Counted from the first letter of the stretch, positions 26,318-40,175 are shown. The stretch is 64,000 bases of DNA from Selaginella moellendorffii (GCF_000143415.4 NW_003314271.1:2950186-3014185); one strand, 5' to 3'. Notes: a model not told the origin generated them from the sequence alone. A program made the numbers and translations.

Positions 26318-28406
26318 ATGAGGATTTTCGAGCTCGCGGCCACTCTCCTGCCGGCACTGTTCGCGGTGATCCTCGCGTTTTCTCTTCCGGGCGCCGCGGA
26401 AATCTTCTTTGAGGAGCGATTCGACGGTATGGCAGCAGCATTGCTCGAAATGTTTCATAAATTTTGGTGAATCCCTTATTCTCCTCGCTGACCCTGACAC
26501 ACTGTGTGTGGCGTGGTCTCGTGTGTGTTCTTCCAGATGGATGGGAGCATAGCTGGGTGCAATCCGATTGGAAGCGCTCGGATGGTCTAGCCGGGAACTG
26601 GCGGCACACGGCCGGGAAATGGCACGGTGATCCTGATGACAAGGGTACGCATTCTTCCATGTAAGCTTGCGCTTGATCTAAGGGTGGTGATATTTCCGTT
26701 TGGTTTTCACAGGTATCCAGACATATCCAGATTCTCGTTACTTCGCTATCTCGGCTCAGTTCCCGGTGCTCAATACGAAAGGAAAGACGCTTGTGATTCA
26801 GTACTCCGTCAAGCACGAACAAAAGATCGAGTGTGGCGGGGGATACATCAAGTTGCTCAGTGGCTACATGAATCAAAAGCGATTTAGTGGAGATACACCT
26901 TACAGGTTGAGATTATAGAGTTGAATTCCTCTCTAACGTTTTTCTCTCTTCCTTTTTCTTTGCAGCATAATGTTTGGTCCCGACATTTGTGGAACTCAAA
27001 CAAAGAAGATCCACACGATTTTGCAGTATAAGAGCCAGAACTATCCGATTCGGAAGGAAGTCCCTTGCGAGACGGACCAGCTCACTCACGTTTACACGTT
27101 GATAATTCGTCCAGACGCGACTTACAGCATCCTCGTCGACAACAGAGAGAGGGATTCGGGCAGTCTCTATACCGACTGGGATATGCTACCTCCAAAGCGG
27201 ATCAAAGATCCAAACGCTAAAAAGGTTGGTGTGACTTTCGTTTTTAAATTTGTTACGCTTTGCTCTTTGCATTTTTTCAGCCTGCCGATTGGGAGGATAA
27301 AGAGTATATTGTGGATCCAGATGACAAAAAGCCAGAGGTATTTATTCTTCTTCTCGCGATCTTGAGAATATATGCTTGGTTGTAATGCAGGGGTACGACT
27401 CCATTCCAGCAGAAATTCCAGACCCAGACTCGACAAAGGTTTTAATTTCCTTGCAATTTTTTTTTTGATCCTTGTCTTTTGGTTTCAACAGCCTGACAAC
27501 TGGGATGAAGATGAACATGGAGTATGGAAAGTACCAAACGTGCCTAATCCTGCTTATAGAGGACCATGGAAACCGAAGGTATTATCTTTCTTTTTCCCCC
27601 TGAAATGCGTTTATTGAAGCCATTCATTTCAGAAAATAAAAAATCCCAACTATAAAGGAAAATGGTCGCCATTGGCTGACAATCCAGGTATTCTCTCGTC
27701 TTGACTTTATTGTTCTTATTGCTGTTCATTCGGCAGAATTTGAGGACGATCCCGACTTGTATGTGTTTCCGAATCTCAAGTACATCGGTATAGAACTTTG
27801 GCAGGTAAAAGCACAATTATCTCATTTAACGAAGGAACGCTAAGCGCATTGACAGGTGAAATCCGGAACTCTCTTCGACAATATCCTTGTATGTGATGAT
27901 CCTGAATATGCCCGATCGGTGGCAGAAGCTACGTGGGGTGCCAACAAGGATGTAAGTTATCACACTCATGATTCTCCTTAAACTTGCTGCATTTTGCAGT
28001 TGGAGAAAGAGGCTTTTGATGAATCTGAGAAGCGGAGACAGGAACAAGAGGAGGTACAGACTTTTGCATCATCGTAGATGACGGTTTTACATCGTGAATC
28101 TAGAAAGAGGCGGCGGCGCACAGAGCTGAAAGGGACCGTAGAAGATCGAGACACGACGACGACTACCACTACAGGCGCAAGGAGCGCATGAGGGATCGGA
28201 TGAGAAGAAGACATCGATTGGTTCGTAGTGATTCTTTTCCTTTCCGTGTGGTGCTCTACATTTACACGTCGTGGTTTTGCTTTTTTCCATTTCCTGGCCG
28301 CAGGATGATGACGACGATGATTATCATGTGAGCATCTTCTTTCTCGCAAAAGGCTCCTATTCAACCTTGCTAACGTTGTTGTCATTTCGTGCAGGATGAA
28401 CTGTAA
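26318..28406 (+). CDS. CRT3: Calreticulin, CRT3-like, multi-exon
   Basis: Signal peptide, [32 protein letters not shown]-domain repeats, Arg-rich basic tail typical of the CRT3 subgroup. C-terminal HDEL is completed by a final DEL-stop exon (28395-28406). Confidence 0.9.
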
Positions 28407-29935
28407 GAGGCTGGCCGGCACTTTCCTCTTTTCAGAGGTGCTGGTTTGAAATGTGCTTGGAGAATGAATGGACACGGGATGGGTGAATGGACAGACCATC
28501 GCGAAGTTGAGCTTTTCATTACTCTCGTCCCACTCCTCCAACATCTACGTCGTTGTGATGCAAGCCAAAGCCGCGCCTTGGTGAGCAAGAGTGACGTCTC
28601 AACCCCGAAGTAAACGCGCTGTGAGCTTTCCACACTTAGGCGTGATGCTGAGGCACTAACTGTTACATTTTTCTAGGAGGCGTCGCTGTCGATGCCACGA
28701 TTGGATGCTCCTCTGTGAGCCTTACGGAAGCGGCCGCGGGATAAGAGAGATCGGTTTTTCCAAACTCACGCAAAGATTTAAACAGGTGCGTTTCCTTCCC
28801 TTTCAGAGCTTTTGTCTTTAAGTTTCGAGACAGGGATTGTTTTGTTTTAATGCTTCGATGCGTCAGTTTGATCCGCTGCTGGCCTAGCAACCTTGCAAGC
28901 AAGCAACAGTGCTTGTTTCTTCCCTTGTTCGTCGTGTTTGGTGACTCGAAGAAGAGAGAAAAAAAGAAAAACTTGGCTCTCTGGGCTTGTATGCTTGTGG
29001 CTTTGCTTGCTCGGTTGGGTTCGTAGGTAGCTGTATGGTTGAAGCATTCATTGTTTTGAGTTTAAAGTCTTCTCTTTGTGGATTCCTTTCGTGGCGAGAT
29101 ATAGTCTCGAAGCTCTCGGTGGACGCAAAAACTATAAACTATGGAGAAATCTCTAAAGAACAGTGTGCTTGATACTCCTTGGTTTGTGCCGGATTGAAAA
29201 GATTGGAATTTGGCTTGCTTTGCTTGGAAGTGGTGGTGGTGCTTGTGTCCATTGATTGCTACGGGGGAGAGCATTGCATTGCTTCCGCGAATAATTGCCT
29301 GGAGTAAAGCTTCTCTCGTGGACGGCTGGGATCTCTTGCCGCCTATCCGACGGTAACGATCGCGAGCGCTATTTTACGGCAGTTTTGAGGTTAACTATTA
29401 CGGGCATATTCTATTTTATTTTATTTTGGTGTTGGCGTACGAAGGCGCGGGTTTAACAATGTATGGGTGGGAATAAAAGAAAGAATGAAAGACGCCAAAA
29501 AAGAAGGTGAGAGAGAAGAGGAGCGTCTCGAGTGACCCGGCCAGGGCACCGCGCGAGGGATTGGATGGAGTGCTCGGCTATGGCGCTGCTGGTTGGGGAC
29601 ATCGTCGCCGGTGAAATACGATTCTAGGTCTCCTCCTCTCTCTCTCCCTCCCTCCCTTTGCTCGCAATCGCCTGTCGCGGAAGATACAAGGAAGATTTTC
29701 CATCCGCCGCCAGTACGAAAGATTTGATGCATCGGTGTGGCAAATGTGAGGGATCGTCTCACTCTACACGGCAGGGATGATGGAAGCTCACGGATTGCGC
29801 GTGGAGGATCTTGTCGGCTAGAGGTAAAATCATCTCTGTGTTTTTCTTTTTCTCGTTTTTTTTTTTTTTCCTTCTTTGATGATCTCGCGTTTGTTTCAGG
29901 AGCTACAATTCCCTTGAGTTAGAACACCGGAAAGA

Positions 29936-31785
29936 ATGGAGAGGTCAAGGCAGCAAAGGCGATGGAATACAGGGCAATTGATGAAGAGCTTGGATGAATC
30001 GCAATTACCAAGGTCTGTAGAGCCCAGTAGTAGCCATGGGAGGAACCTCGCATCAAGGCTGGGAATGACGGAGGTCTCGTGCTTTCCCAGCTCCCGATCA
30101 AGACGAGCGTCCAACAGGATGGAGTTTCTTAGAGACAACACAGCGGGGTCATCGAACTCACGGAGGAGGATGGAAACGAGCAAGATAAACTCCGAGCGGG
30201 GGAAAGGAATTCGCATCATAAACAACGAACTGGCCCGTGAAAGAGAAGATCTCGCGGCCGCCAGCCTTTCCGACGAGGACGACCAAGTCTTTGATCTGTC
30301 GCTGCTGGAAGGAGCCTCCTACCCCAACGTTTTGGGGGCAGGGACGAGCATGAGAAGCTTGAGTTGCAAGCGAAAGAGCTCTTCGTTTGTTCGCGGCAGC
30401 ACAAGCACTGGAAGTGGCGGCTCCGGCAAGGCAAAGATGGCGGAAGAGCAAGCTCTAAGAAACCAAAGAGGACTTCATAACTTGCGAAGGTCGTCAACTT
30501 CGATAGACGGGCAGAGGCTAAAGGTTTCCAGGAGGAATGCCGATGCTCCAGAAGGCGGGGCCTCCTCTTCCTCGTCGCCTTTGCGTTTGTCAAGAGACTC
30601 AACCGCGCCGGACTACGATCGGTTACTAAGTTCCGCGAGCTCACTCACAAGAAGGCCGGCTGGTGGCACTGTCGACACGCGTGGCCGGAGTCGTAATTAT
30701 GATCCAAGCAGCTCGGCCGAAACGGTCCCGAGGAGCGTGAGGAGTGCGCTGCATCCTCCGGAACGATCGACATTTGCGAGAAGGGATTCCAGAGAAACGC
30801 CGGAATCGAGCAGCCAGGCCTTCACAAAACGGAACATTTCGAACTGCTTTGGAAGCGGTCGAAGATCGCCATCTCCGAGGCCGATTGGTGGCCATGAGAG
30901 AGGCTCCCGCCACCTTGCTGCTTCGAGCTCGAATCCAGTGCAAGCTCCGCCATCCTCGTTGCTCTCGGCGGCATTGGAAGCAGCGGCGACGCCGTCGTCC
31001 TCGAGCTCGTTTCGCCAACAAGGTGGCCAAGTTTCCTCGAGCGGTGACAACAATCAGTGGTCGACACCAACAATGGCTTCTGGGTGGGAGTACCATCGTC
31101 CCCGGCTCATGGCGGAAGGCCTCGCGAAGGTAAAAAAAGAGAAAGCTTCCTCTGTTGATCACTTCTTCGGGAACTTGCTATCCAGATCCTATTGGCGTTG
31201 GAGCGGGTTGAAAACGACGAGGAGTTGACGCATGAGGTGAGGGAAAGCTGTTTTTGGCAGCCTAGGTTCTATAGGCCTAAGATGATTTTTTGCAGCAGCT
31301 GTTGATGCTGGAAGCCACCGTCTTGTTTGGCGGGATGGCGGTCCACGATCGCCACAGTGACTGGAGGATGGACGTCGATAACATGACCTACGAAGTAAGC
31401 TCCGAGTTTTCACAAAAAGGAAGTTCTAAACTGGAAGAAATTCGGCTCGCAGGAGCTCCTCGCCCTCGAAGAGAAGATGGGAAGCGTAAGCATTGGAGTG
31501 AGCGAGGAGAGGATAGCTCATGGATTGCAAAAGTGTCGATTCAGTACGCTGTTTGCCGGGTGCGGGCAGGATGGCGAGCTCAAGTGTAGCATCTGCCAGG
31601 TGAAAAAAACTGCGATTCTGGAACAGGAGATCTAAACGTTTGGCTCTCGCTTCCAGGAGGAGTATCGCAATGGCGAGCAGCTGGGGCGGATCGAGTGTGG
31701 TCACAAGTTCCACATCGGTTGTATCAAGCAGTGGCTTGGACACAAGAACTTATGCCCGATCTGCAAGGCCACGGCAGTGTCGTGA
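29936..31785 (+). CDS. RING-H2 E3 ubiquitin ligase (MBR/BIG BROTHER-related, CTL-type), multi-exon
   Basis: Long Ser/Arg-rich disordered exon, then HDRHSDWRMDVDNMTYEELLALEEKMG and RING CSICQEEY...CGHKFHIGCIKQWL...CPICK. Stop at 31783-31785. Confidence 0.9.
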
Positions 31786-31989
31786 TCTCGTGCACGTCAA
31801 CTTGTGAGTTTCACGTCCTTGTTCTTTCATTCCACACACATCCTAGTTTTTAGAAAGAATAAACTCTAGACTTTTCTTTCAATGGCATCTTAAAGCAGGA
31901 ATTCTCGAGACTATCTTTGTTTTCCAAAGTCAATAATAGACTTTAAAGGCGAGAGAAACTCCATGGAAACTACCCAGGCTTCGTTTCGC

Positions 31990-32260
31990 CATCCAAAGAT
32001 TGCATTGGGCCGTCCAGAGAAATATCTTTGCAGGAGCTTCTCGCGCTTTACTAAAGTGTGGAAGTTCTCGGGATGGCGAGCTCAAATGTAGCATCTGCCA
32101 ACTTTGACTAAGAGTTTGAGGCATTGTTTTCCAGGAGGAATTTCGCAATGGCGAGGATCTGGGCGAGATCGATTGCGGTCACAAGTTCCACGTAAACTGT
32201 ATCAAGCAGTGGCTTGGACGCAAGAACTTGTGTCCAATCTGCAAAGTCACAGCAATGTGA
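31990..32260 (+). pseudogene. Partial tandem duplicate of the RING gene 3' exons
   Basis: Repeats GAGCT(T)CTCGC..., GATGGCGAGCTCAAATGTAGCATCTGCC and the last exon (CGHKFHVNCIKQWLGRKNLCPICK), with internal deletions and a lost splice donor. Confidence 0.8.
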
Positions 32261-32743
32261 CAAGAGAAAGTTCGTGGAATCCAACCGTTATGCTAGTAGT
32301 CTTTCCATTTCGCTTTCATGGATCGCTCAGGACGAACGGTGGCGATTTGGCCAGGCGAGGAAACTTCTAAAGATTCGTAGCAAGCATCCAGGCAAGTTGG
32401 AGCGTATAGTCTACGTAGGGGGTGGGCACGGATACGTAGACGTGGCGAGAGATCCATCGCACGCGCGTGACCGCGAGAGCGAGAGATCACTCGTCCTCCA
32501 CGCAAGTCGCGAGACGCCAGGCGCAAATAATGGCTGTGTCAGGCGGACACGACACAGTAGAATCTCCTCCCTCCGAAACAATCCAAGCATTGTGGAAGAA
32601 CCACTTTGAGTTAGCTTGAGAAACACCCATATAATCTCTTCCTCTCCTCGACAGCTCTCTTCTTTGTAGATCTTGGAGCGCGAGCGAGAGAGCGATTACT
32701 TCTTCTTCTCGATCGTCTTCTTCTTTGTGATAGTTTCTTGGCA

Positions 32744-34015
32744 ATGGAGATCCACTCGCGGATGTGCGTGGCCAAGGCCGTCCCCGCCACCGCCCCTCCG
32801 CTGGTCCTCCTCACGCCGCTCGACCTCTTCCACACCAGCCAGATGCCCATCGTCCTCTTCTACGAGAACGCCCCCGCCGGAGCAGCCGCGCGCATCGAGT
32901 CGGGGCTCGCAACCGTGCTGGATCACTACCCGGAGCTGGCGGGGCGGATCGGGCGCGACGAGCAGGGCCGCCACTGCATCCATCTCAACAACGAAGGCGC
33001 GATCTTCGTCGAGGTGGTGTGCTCCTCCGAGCTGGCTCCCTTCCTGGACAAGCGCGGCAACGACGTCAAGGATCTCGTCGGCTCGTCGACGCTGGAGCTG
33101 GGCGATGGGATGAACCGCGTGCCGCTCATCATCCAGGTGACGCGCTTCGCTTGCGGGGGGCTGGCCCTCAGCTGGGAGGGACACCACCGCGTGTGCGATG
33201 GCTCCGCCCACACGCAGTTCTTGCTCAACTGGGCATCTGCTGCAAGAACCGGATCCCTCACTCCAGGATTCGTCCCGCTCATCCACGACCGATCTTTCTT
33301 GTCTCCCAGGGACCCCCCGGTCGTGGAGGATCCACTAGTGGAGTTCGTCCACAAGCCCATGTCGCGCACCACCGTCCCGGGGCAAGAGGTCCTCACTCTC
33401 ACGGAAAACTTGACGAGCAAGCAGATCTCCCACCTCAAATCTCTCTGCGGAAACAAATACACCACCTACGAGACTTTGAGCGCGCACTTCTGGAGGTGCA
33501 TGACCGCGGCCAGGGACTTTGAAGACCGGAGCACTCTGGTCGGGCATTTTTGTCCCGCGAATGGTCGTTCCATCCTCAATGCCCCGCCCGGGTTTTTTGG
33601 CAACGCCATTTACCACACCTTCGTGCAGACGAGCGCCGCGGATCTGCTGGATGGATCGCTGGAGCACGCCGCGGGGCTCATCCGGCAGGCCGTCAAGCGC
33701 GCCAGCAACCGGGTGTTTCTCGAGTCGGTGATTGATTATCTTGCGCTGGAGCAGGCGGGCGAGGATGATCGGCCGCCGCAGGCCGAGGCCAAGGACCAGA
33801 GCTGGATCCCGAATGTCATGATCCCGTGCTGGTCGAGGTTTCCGCTGTATGAGGTTGACTTTGGGTTTGGCGATCCGTTCCGGTTCTCCACCGTGAATGT
33901 GGGGATCGAGGGGGTGTTCACGATTGGGCCGCCGCGCAAGGACGGGATCACGGAGGTGCTCATCAATGTGCGCAAGGAGCACGCCCAGAGCCTGCTCGCT
34001 CACCTCGGCAACTGA
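32744..34015 (+). CDS. BAHD acyltransferase (copy 1), intronless
   Basis: LTPLD, HYPELAGR, IQVTRFACGG, HRVCDG (HxxxD), FFGNA, DFGFG. First ATG at 32744. Confidence 0.95.
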   Translation: MEIHSRMCVAKAVPATAPPLVLLTPLDLFHTSQMPIVLFYENAPAGAAARIESGLATVLDHYPELAGRIGRDEQGRHCIHLNNEGAIFVEVVCSSELAPFLDKRGNDVKDLVGSSTLELGDGMNRVPLIIQVTRFACGGLALSWEGHHRVCDGSAHTQFLLNWASAARTGSLTPGFVPLIHDRSFLSPRDPPVVEDPLVEFVHKPMSRTTVPGQEVLTLTENLTSKQISHLKSLCGNKYTTYETLSAHFWRCMTAARDFEDRSTLVGHFCPANGRSILNAPPGFFGNAIYHTFVQTSAADLLDGSLEHAAGLIRQAVKRASNRVFLESVIDYLALEQAGEDDRPPQAEAKDQSWIPNVMIPCWSRFPLYEVDFGFGDPFRFSTVNVGIEGVFTIGPPRKDGITEVLINVRKEHAQSLLAHLGN

Positions 34016-34941
34016 GCGGACTCTCTAGCTCTTGAGTCTTGCTTGTATCATGTATTGTTTTCTTTCATTTTGATCGTCTTTACGTTATTATTATTATTAT
34101 TATTATTCTTGTTCTTGTTCTTGTTCTTGTTCTATTTGTTGCTCAGTAATAAGAAAATGATCTTGACGTACGGAGCCCATGCACGGAAGGCACTGTGTGA
34201 ACACGACAGGAATGAATGATACGTGAGAGGTCAAGCAAGTAACGTATGGGCCACTGCCGGAACTTTTACTTTTTTAACAACGTCTCCAGGAAAGCTGGAA
34301 GCATTTATTTGTTTATTTGATTTGTCTCAGACGGATCACGAGATCACGCCTTCCAAGTAACATTGATTCGAATGCGTGTTGGCTTGTCCAAATGCCACCA
34401 CCAGGCATCAGTTTGGCTGCTGAGAAAGAGTCTTTATTCATGCCTTCCATCAGAAACAACAACATTCAGCGCTATAATATTTTTCTATGAATCGGGATCT
34501 TTTGAGAGCAACAGCGTTCCAACCAGCCAGGCTTGCGCTCTTTGTTTTCTGGCCTTCAATTGATTCCGTGAACATGGGCTAGTCTATAGTGTTGCATCAT
34601 TTCTGGCCCCCTGAAACCAAGCTTTAGGTCTTGCAATAATACCTTTGGGACCCCCGATGATCCCTCGTATTGCTTTGGATTGGATACTATTTCCTCGCAC
34701 TGGAGGTGGAGACTTTGTGGTATGATAGCGTGGGGCGATGTCCATCCTCAAGTAGTTACCGAGGAAGTAGGAATTCCAAATCAGAGATAGCTCAAACTTG
34801 CGCCAGTAGAACAATGTGATAGTTTCATGGGCTGCGTGGCAACAAGCGAGCCACAGCAGTATCGTGAAAGCAATGCAAGCTCCAATTACTCGCAAACCCT
34901 AAGAACATTTTTTAAAAGTATCTTGGAATCGAGGGAAAACG

Positions 34942-36387
34942 ATGGCTCCCACCAAGCAGCGCCACCACACCGTAGTGCTGGTGCCGGCGACTGGATTCGG
35001 GCACCTCAACCCGGCGCTAGAGCTCGCCCGGCAGCTCGCCCACCGGGGAGTCGAGGTAACTATCATTGTCTTCCACGAGCACCTCCCCGTCGCCCAACGC
35101 CGGGTGCTCAAGTCCCCCGGCTTCGACGCCGCTCGCGCCAGCATCCGCCTCGTCCCATTCCCGGAGCCACTGCGAGGCGACAACCCCTCGCAGCCCATCG
35201 CGGCGCTGACCCAGGTGATCCGGGAGGAGTTCAAGCTAGATCTAGATCAAGCAGCAGTCCCAGCAGAGAATGGGAAGGTCACGAAGCCCAGCCTCCTCAT
35301 CTCGGATTGCTTCGTCAAGTGCCAGGACACCGCCGACGAGCTCCATATTCCACGGGTGGTGTTCTGGACCGCCGCCACTCTGAGCGAGAGCATCTTCGCC
35401 AGCGTCCCACTGCTCATATCCACGGGCCACATCCCAGTCCACAGTTAAGTCAACACTCCTCATTGACTAAACCTCGGGCCGTTAACTAACCTCGGCTTGC
35501 TTGCAGCGAGCCCACACAAGGACAAGATCGTCTCGGTCCTGCCCGGAATGCCGGTGCCGCTCGCCACCACCCGGCTACCACTCTGCTTCTACGGCGTCGA
35601 CCACGATTTCTCCCCGTTCGCGATCGCTTGCTTCGAGAACTCATCGCGGGCGCAGGGATTCCTGGCCAATACCGTCGAGGAGATCGAGGCCGAGGTGGTG
35701 GCCGTCCAGCGCAGCCAGCTCCAGCGCTACTTCCCAGTCGGCCCCCTCATCCCGCCCGAGGTCCTTGAGGACGCGGTGGATCACCCGGTCATCCACTGGC
35801 TGGATGGAAAGCCACCGCTCTCGGTGCTCTACATCGCGTTTGGGACGGAATCCATCCTCCCGCTCCACCAGTTTGAGAAGCTGGTCGCCGGGCTGGAGTC
35901 GAGCAAGCGGGCGTTTGTGTGGAGCATGAGAAAGGTGGTGCCCGAGGCCGAGGACGAGTTCTACGACTCGGTGAAGAGGAGGCTGGCTGGGCAGGGGCTT
36001 GTCGTGGATTGGGCTCCCCAGAGAGCTATCCTGGATCATCCATCCATCGGCGGCTTCTTTACGCACTGCGGGTGGAACTCGACGCTGGAGGCGCTGTGCG
36101 CTGGGGTGCCGACGCTGTGCTGGGCGTTTGGCGCGGAGCAAAACATGAACAGCCTGCTCATGACGCACAAGTGGGGGATCGGCGTGGAGGTCGGGCACGG
36201 GCCGGATTGCGACGTGGACGAGCGGGGTATTGGGGCGGCGATCGAGGGGCTACTGGCGGGGGAGGAGGGAGCCGCGATGAGGAAAAGGGCGATGGAGATG
36301 AAGGGAGTGGTGGCGGCGGCGATGGAACCGGGAGGGTCGTCTTACGAGAGCATGAACGAATTCGTGAGGACCTTTTGTCCAATGTAA
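34942..36387 (+). CDS. Family-1 UDP-glycosyltransferase (one intron, 35444-35506)
   Basis: VLVPATGFGHLNP N-terminus and PSPG box WAPQRAILDHPSIGGFFTHCGWNSTLEALCAGVPTLCWAFGAEQ. The GT-AG intron restores frame. Confidence 0.95.
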
Positions 36388-38219
36388 ATTGAAGATGTTT
36401 ATAATTATTAAGATCATTGACTGATCAAATGTTCGATGGAATTTAGAAGTGTACAGGAGGGAAACTAGGAAGAATTCTGCGAGGACAGCATCTACCTTGA
36501 ACTCTCCAGTGAAGACATACAAGGGATCGATCGCTTTTAATTTCTTGACACCTCAATAGGACCGATCATCACCAAATAATGATTTTGTCTTTGCATTTGT
36601 AGCGTCATCTTGAGCAGATACTTGGAAGTATTGATGGATAGTGTGTAGCGTTTATCTGCTAGAACTCGACAAAGTCAAAACAAAAATGTTAGGAGTCGGT
36701 GAGCCTGCTTTGCTCGTTTTTAAAATACTGCGCTTATCATGCACTTTTCTTTTCTTTTCTAAGTTCTTGGACTTAGCAGATCGTTTCATAGCCAGGTTTC
36801 TTGACCTCCAAAGCTACAGTTTTTGCCTGTTTTATCATTCTTATCGCCACAGCATAAAGATCCTTCACGATTGGAGGCTCTTCAACGTGATTCCTCACAG
36901 GAAGTACCACAGTGACATGTACATTCTCGATTTTCGTTTTGCTAGGGCCAAGCTGGCAGGCTGGCTTTACAACTACATTTTCCTCTCTCGAATTGCGTTT
37001 AAGGTGCGAAATCATTGTTAAGCTCACCATGGCAGCTGCTGGAAGAGCGCTGCCCAAGGCTAGTGGAATTCCGAAATGGTGTCTCAGAAAGAATTTTGAC
37101 CAGACCACGATGATTAGATAAGATTATCAGCCTCCAGATCCCAAAACTCGAGCGATGGCGAGCCGACTAGCTATCTAAATTATAACTATATTATTGAGCT
37201 TTTGCAATGCGAAGCTTGAATAACAATATTACTGTGTTCACTTCTTAATTATCCTAAATATTAATAACATAGTTTATATGTATGAATATACATGTATTAT
37301 ATTACAAGTAAATATGAATCACATATGAACTATTCAATTGGGACTGAATCTAGTTAAAACTCACATTAGTAGGTAAAGGGTTGGCAGAATCCTTCCTTAT
37401 TTGTGTTCAAAATTGTTCTACTTTGTTTATTCCCTCATTCTTTCTATTAAATTTAGATTTTTTATTTTCATTCTTTTCTTATAACAAACTCTTAAAATAT
37501 AAAACATTTATGTGTATTACATTGTAGCAACATTAGTATATACTATTTTAACTTATGATTTATCCAGCCAAGCTTAAATAATTTTGCAAGAAAAAAAGGT
37601 TTAGATCATTTTATATGTTAGAGAGCATTATGTTTAGTTTCTATGTTCAGCGTAAAACACTTATAAATTAATAAAAAAATTATAAGAATACTTAAAATCT
37701 TGTTGATATTCTCCATATTGATGAAGGCATCTCATATTTTAGTTGTTAATTAATTTGGTAAATTTCTTGATTAGTTTATGCCTCTCAATACTAGCAATGA
37801 TGGTTACTTCTGCATCAGAGAACTCACTGCTAAAATAAATATAAAAAAAAAGAAGCAATAAAGATTTTAACACTTGACACAAGGATGTCCTCACTAGAAA
37901 ACTTCAGAATGCCTATTTAAGTAAGAATTCTTTTACTCCCCAAATACAAATACTAAATTTTTATCTTTATCCTAAGTTGTGAAGGGAGAAACATTTATAA
38001 TTAAAGAAGAATTTTAAGATATATAAACTCCATCACAATCAATATTGACAGTGTTGTGTGGACATTGTAGGCCATTTTTGTGATTTGAATTTTCTATATA
38101 ATAGTGTATGAAAGGTACATTATATATAGTCATACTCTTGAAAACTAATTAGTTAAAATTTTAAATATGGTATTAGGGCTTTACAAATATAAAACATTTA
38201 TATTTTTAGAATAGTTTCT

Positions 38220-38780
38220 AGGACCAGCCACGAGGCCTTTTTTCAGCCTTTGAATGTTGTGTTGCATTGAATCGATGGAAATGGTGAGACGTATGAATCA
38301 AGCAAAAGCACTCTGTCATGAAATGTCAGGTAAAAAAAAGGTGTTTTAGTATGCAATTCTTGCTGGTTTTGGTGGTAAATTCCATACTGCCAAGGTAAAA
38401 TTGAATGCCACTCCACTCTCTAGTACCTTGTAACACTATGGTATATATAACTTTTCACAAAACACCTACCTCAATTAAGTAGAGATTGGTCAAGCCAAAA
38501 ATGTGTTTGATCTCCAGCTTGTTAACATGCCAGCCCAAGAAGGATCTAATAAATTGGAATCTAATGTTAGATAGCTCATGAGAAATGGTTGTAACTAACA
38601 AGCCATAAATCATTTCAACTCACTTAAGCTTGATATAGTGATTCCAAATAAGATTTTGTTTCTGGTGGTTTAGATCACATGTGGTAACATAAGACAACAA
38701 TGTTGTCTCCGTCATAGTCCCAAATCAACAACTGCTAAAGGCAAAGAAACTGCTATGGAATAAGTAATTTTGAACTGATT
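38220..38780 (+). pseudogene. Possible decayed PPR-gene remnant
   Basis: Broken peptides QAKNVFD, ..MP..KDLINWNLML..NG resemble PLS-class PPR motifs. Many stops and frameshifts. Confidence 0.3.
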
Positions 38781-38882
38781 AGTACTTCAAAGCTAAAAAG
38801 TGGCCACTAAGAATCTGGATCCTGATGAGTAGTTAACATATTGACTCTGTAGAAATATAAATCTATCAAGCAACGTTTAAAT

Positions 38883-40175
38883 CTAGAAATATCCCTGAGT
38901 ACAGTTGCCAAGGTGAGTGACCAAGCTCTGGGCGTGCTCCTTGCGCACATTGATGAGCACCTCTGTGATCCCGTCCTTGCGCGGTGGCCCAATCGTGAAC
39001 GCCCCCTCAATCCCCATATTCACAGTGGAGAACCGGAATGGATTGCCAAACCCAAAGTCAACCTCATATAATGGAAACTTCGACCAGCACGGGATCATGA
39101 CATTTGGGATCCAGCTCTGGTCCTTGGCCTCGGCCTGTGGCGGCTGGGCATCTTCACTCGCTTGCTCCAGCGCCAGGTAGTCGATCACCGACTCGAGGAA
39201 CACACGGTTGCTGGCGCGCTTGACGCCCTGCCGGATGAGCCCCGCGGCGTGCTCCAGCGATCCATCCAGCAGATCCGCGGCGCTCGTCTGGACAAAAGTG
39301 AGGTAAATGGCGTTACCAAAAAACCCGCTCGGGGCATTGAGGATGGAACGACCATTGGCGGGACAAAAATGCCCGACCAGAGTGCTCCGGTCTTCGAAGT
39401 CCCTGGCCGCGGTCATGCACCTCCAGAAGTGCGCACTCAGCGTTTCGTAGGTGGTGTATTTGTTCCCGCAGAGAGATTTGAGGTGGGAGATCTGCTTGCT
39501 CGTCAGGTTTGCCGTGAGAGTGAGGACCTCTTGCCCCGGGACGGTGGTGCGCGACATTTGCTTGTGGATGAACTTCACTAGTGGATCCTCCACGACCGGG
39601 GGATTTCTGGGAAACAAGAAATATCGGTCGTGGATGAGCGGGACGAATCCTGGAGTGAGGGATCCGGTTCTTGCAGCAGATGCCCAGTTGAGCAAGAACT
39701 GCGCGTGGGCGGAGCCATCGCACACGCGGTGGTGTCCCTCCCAGCTGAGGGCCAGCCCCCCGCAAGCGAAGCGCGTCACCTGGATGATGAGCGGCACGCG
39801 GTTCATCCCATCGCCGAGCTCCAGCGTCGACGAGCCGACGAGATCCTTGACGTCGTTGCCGCGCTTGTCCAGGAAGGGAGCCAGCTCGGAGGAGCACACC
39901 GCCTCGACGAAGATCGCGCCTTCGTTGTTGAGATGGATGCAGTGGCGGCCCAGCTCGTCGCGCCCGATCCGGCCGGCGAGCTCCGGGTAGTGATCCAGCA
40001 CGGTTGCGAGCCCCGATTCGATGCGCGCCGCCGCCCCGGCGGGGGCGTTCTCGTAGAAGAGGATGATGGGCATCTGGCTGGTGTGGAAGAGGTCGAGCGG
40101 CGAGAGGAGCACCACGCGTGGGACGGAGGCGGGGACGTCGGACTTGGCCACGCACATCCGCGAGTGGATCTCCAT
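38883..40175 (-). CDS. BAHD acyltransferase (copy 2), intronless
   Basis: Nearly identical protein to copy 1 (HRVCDG, DFGFG), inverted, with a 6-aa longer C-terminus (CTQGYF). Confidence 0.95.
   Translation of the reverse strand: MEIHSRMCVAKSDVPASVPRVVLLSPLDLFHTSQMPIILFYENAPAGAAARIESGLATVLDHYPELAGRIGRDELGRHCIHLNNEGAIFVEAVCSSELAPFLDKRGNDVKDLVGSSTLELGDGMNRVPLIIQVTRFACGGLALSWEGHHRVCDGSAHAQFLLNWASAARTGSLTPGFVPLIHDRYFLFPRNPPVVEDPLVKFIHKQMSRTTVPGQEVLTLTANLTSKQISHLKSLCGNKYTTYETLSAHFWRCMTAARDFEDRSTLVGHFCPANGRSILNAPSGFFGNAIYLTFVQTSAADLLDGSLEHAAGLIRQGVKRASNRVFLESVIDYLALEQASEDAQPPQAEAKDQSWIPNVMIPCWSKFPLYEVDFGFGNPFRFSTVNMGIEGAFTIGPPRKDGITEVLINVRKEHAQSLVTHLGNCTQGYF

Noticed and set aside
25917-26876. 319-aa minus-strand ORF
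   Set aside because: Antisense to calreticulin exons and spans the promoter. No motifs recognised.
34584-34895. 103-aa ORF with a signal-peptide-like N-terminus between BAHD and UGT
   Set aside because: Starts at TTG with no in-frame ATG at the signal peptide and no recognisable family. At best a pseudogene fragment.
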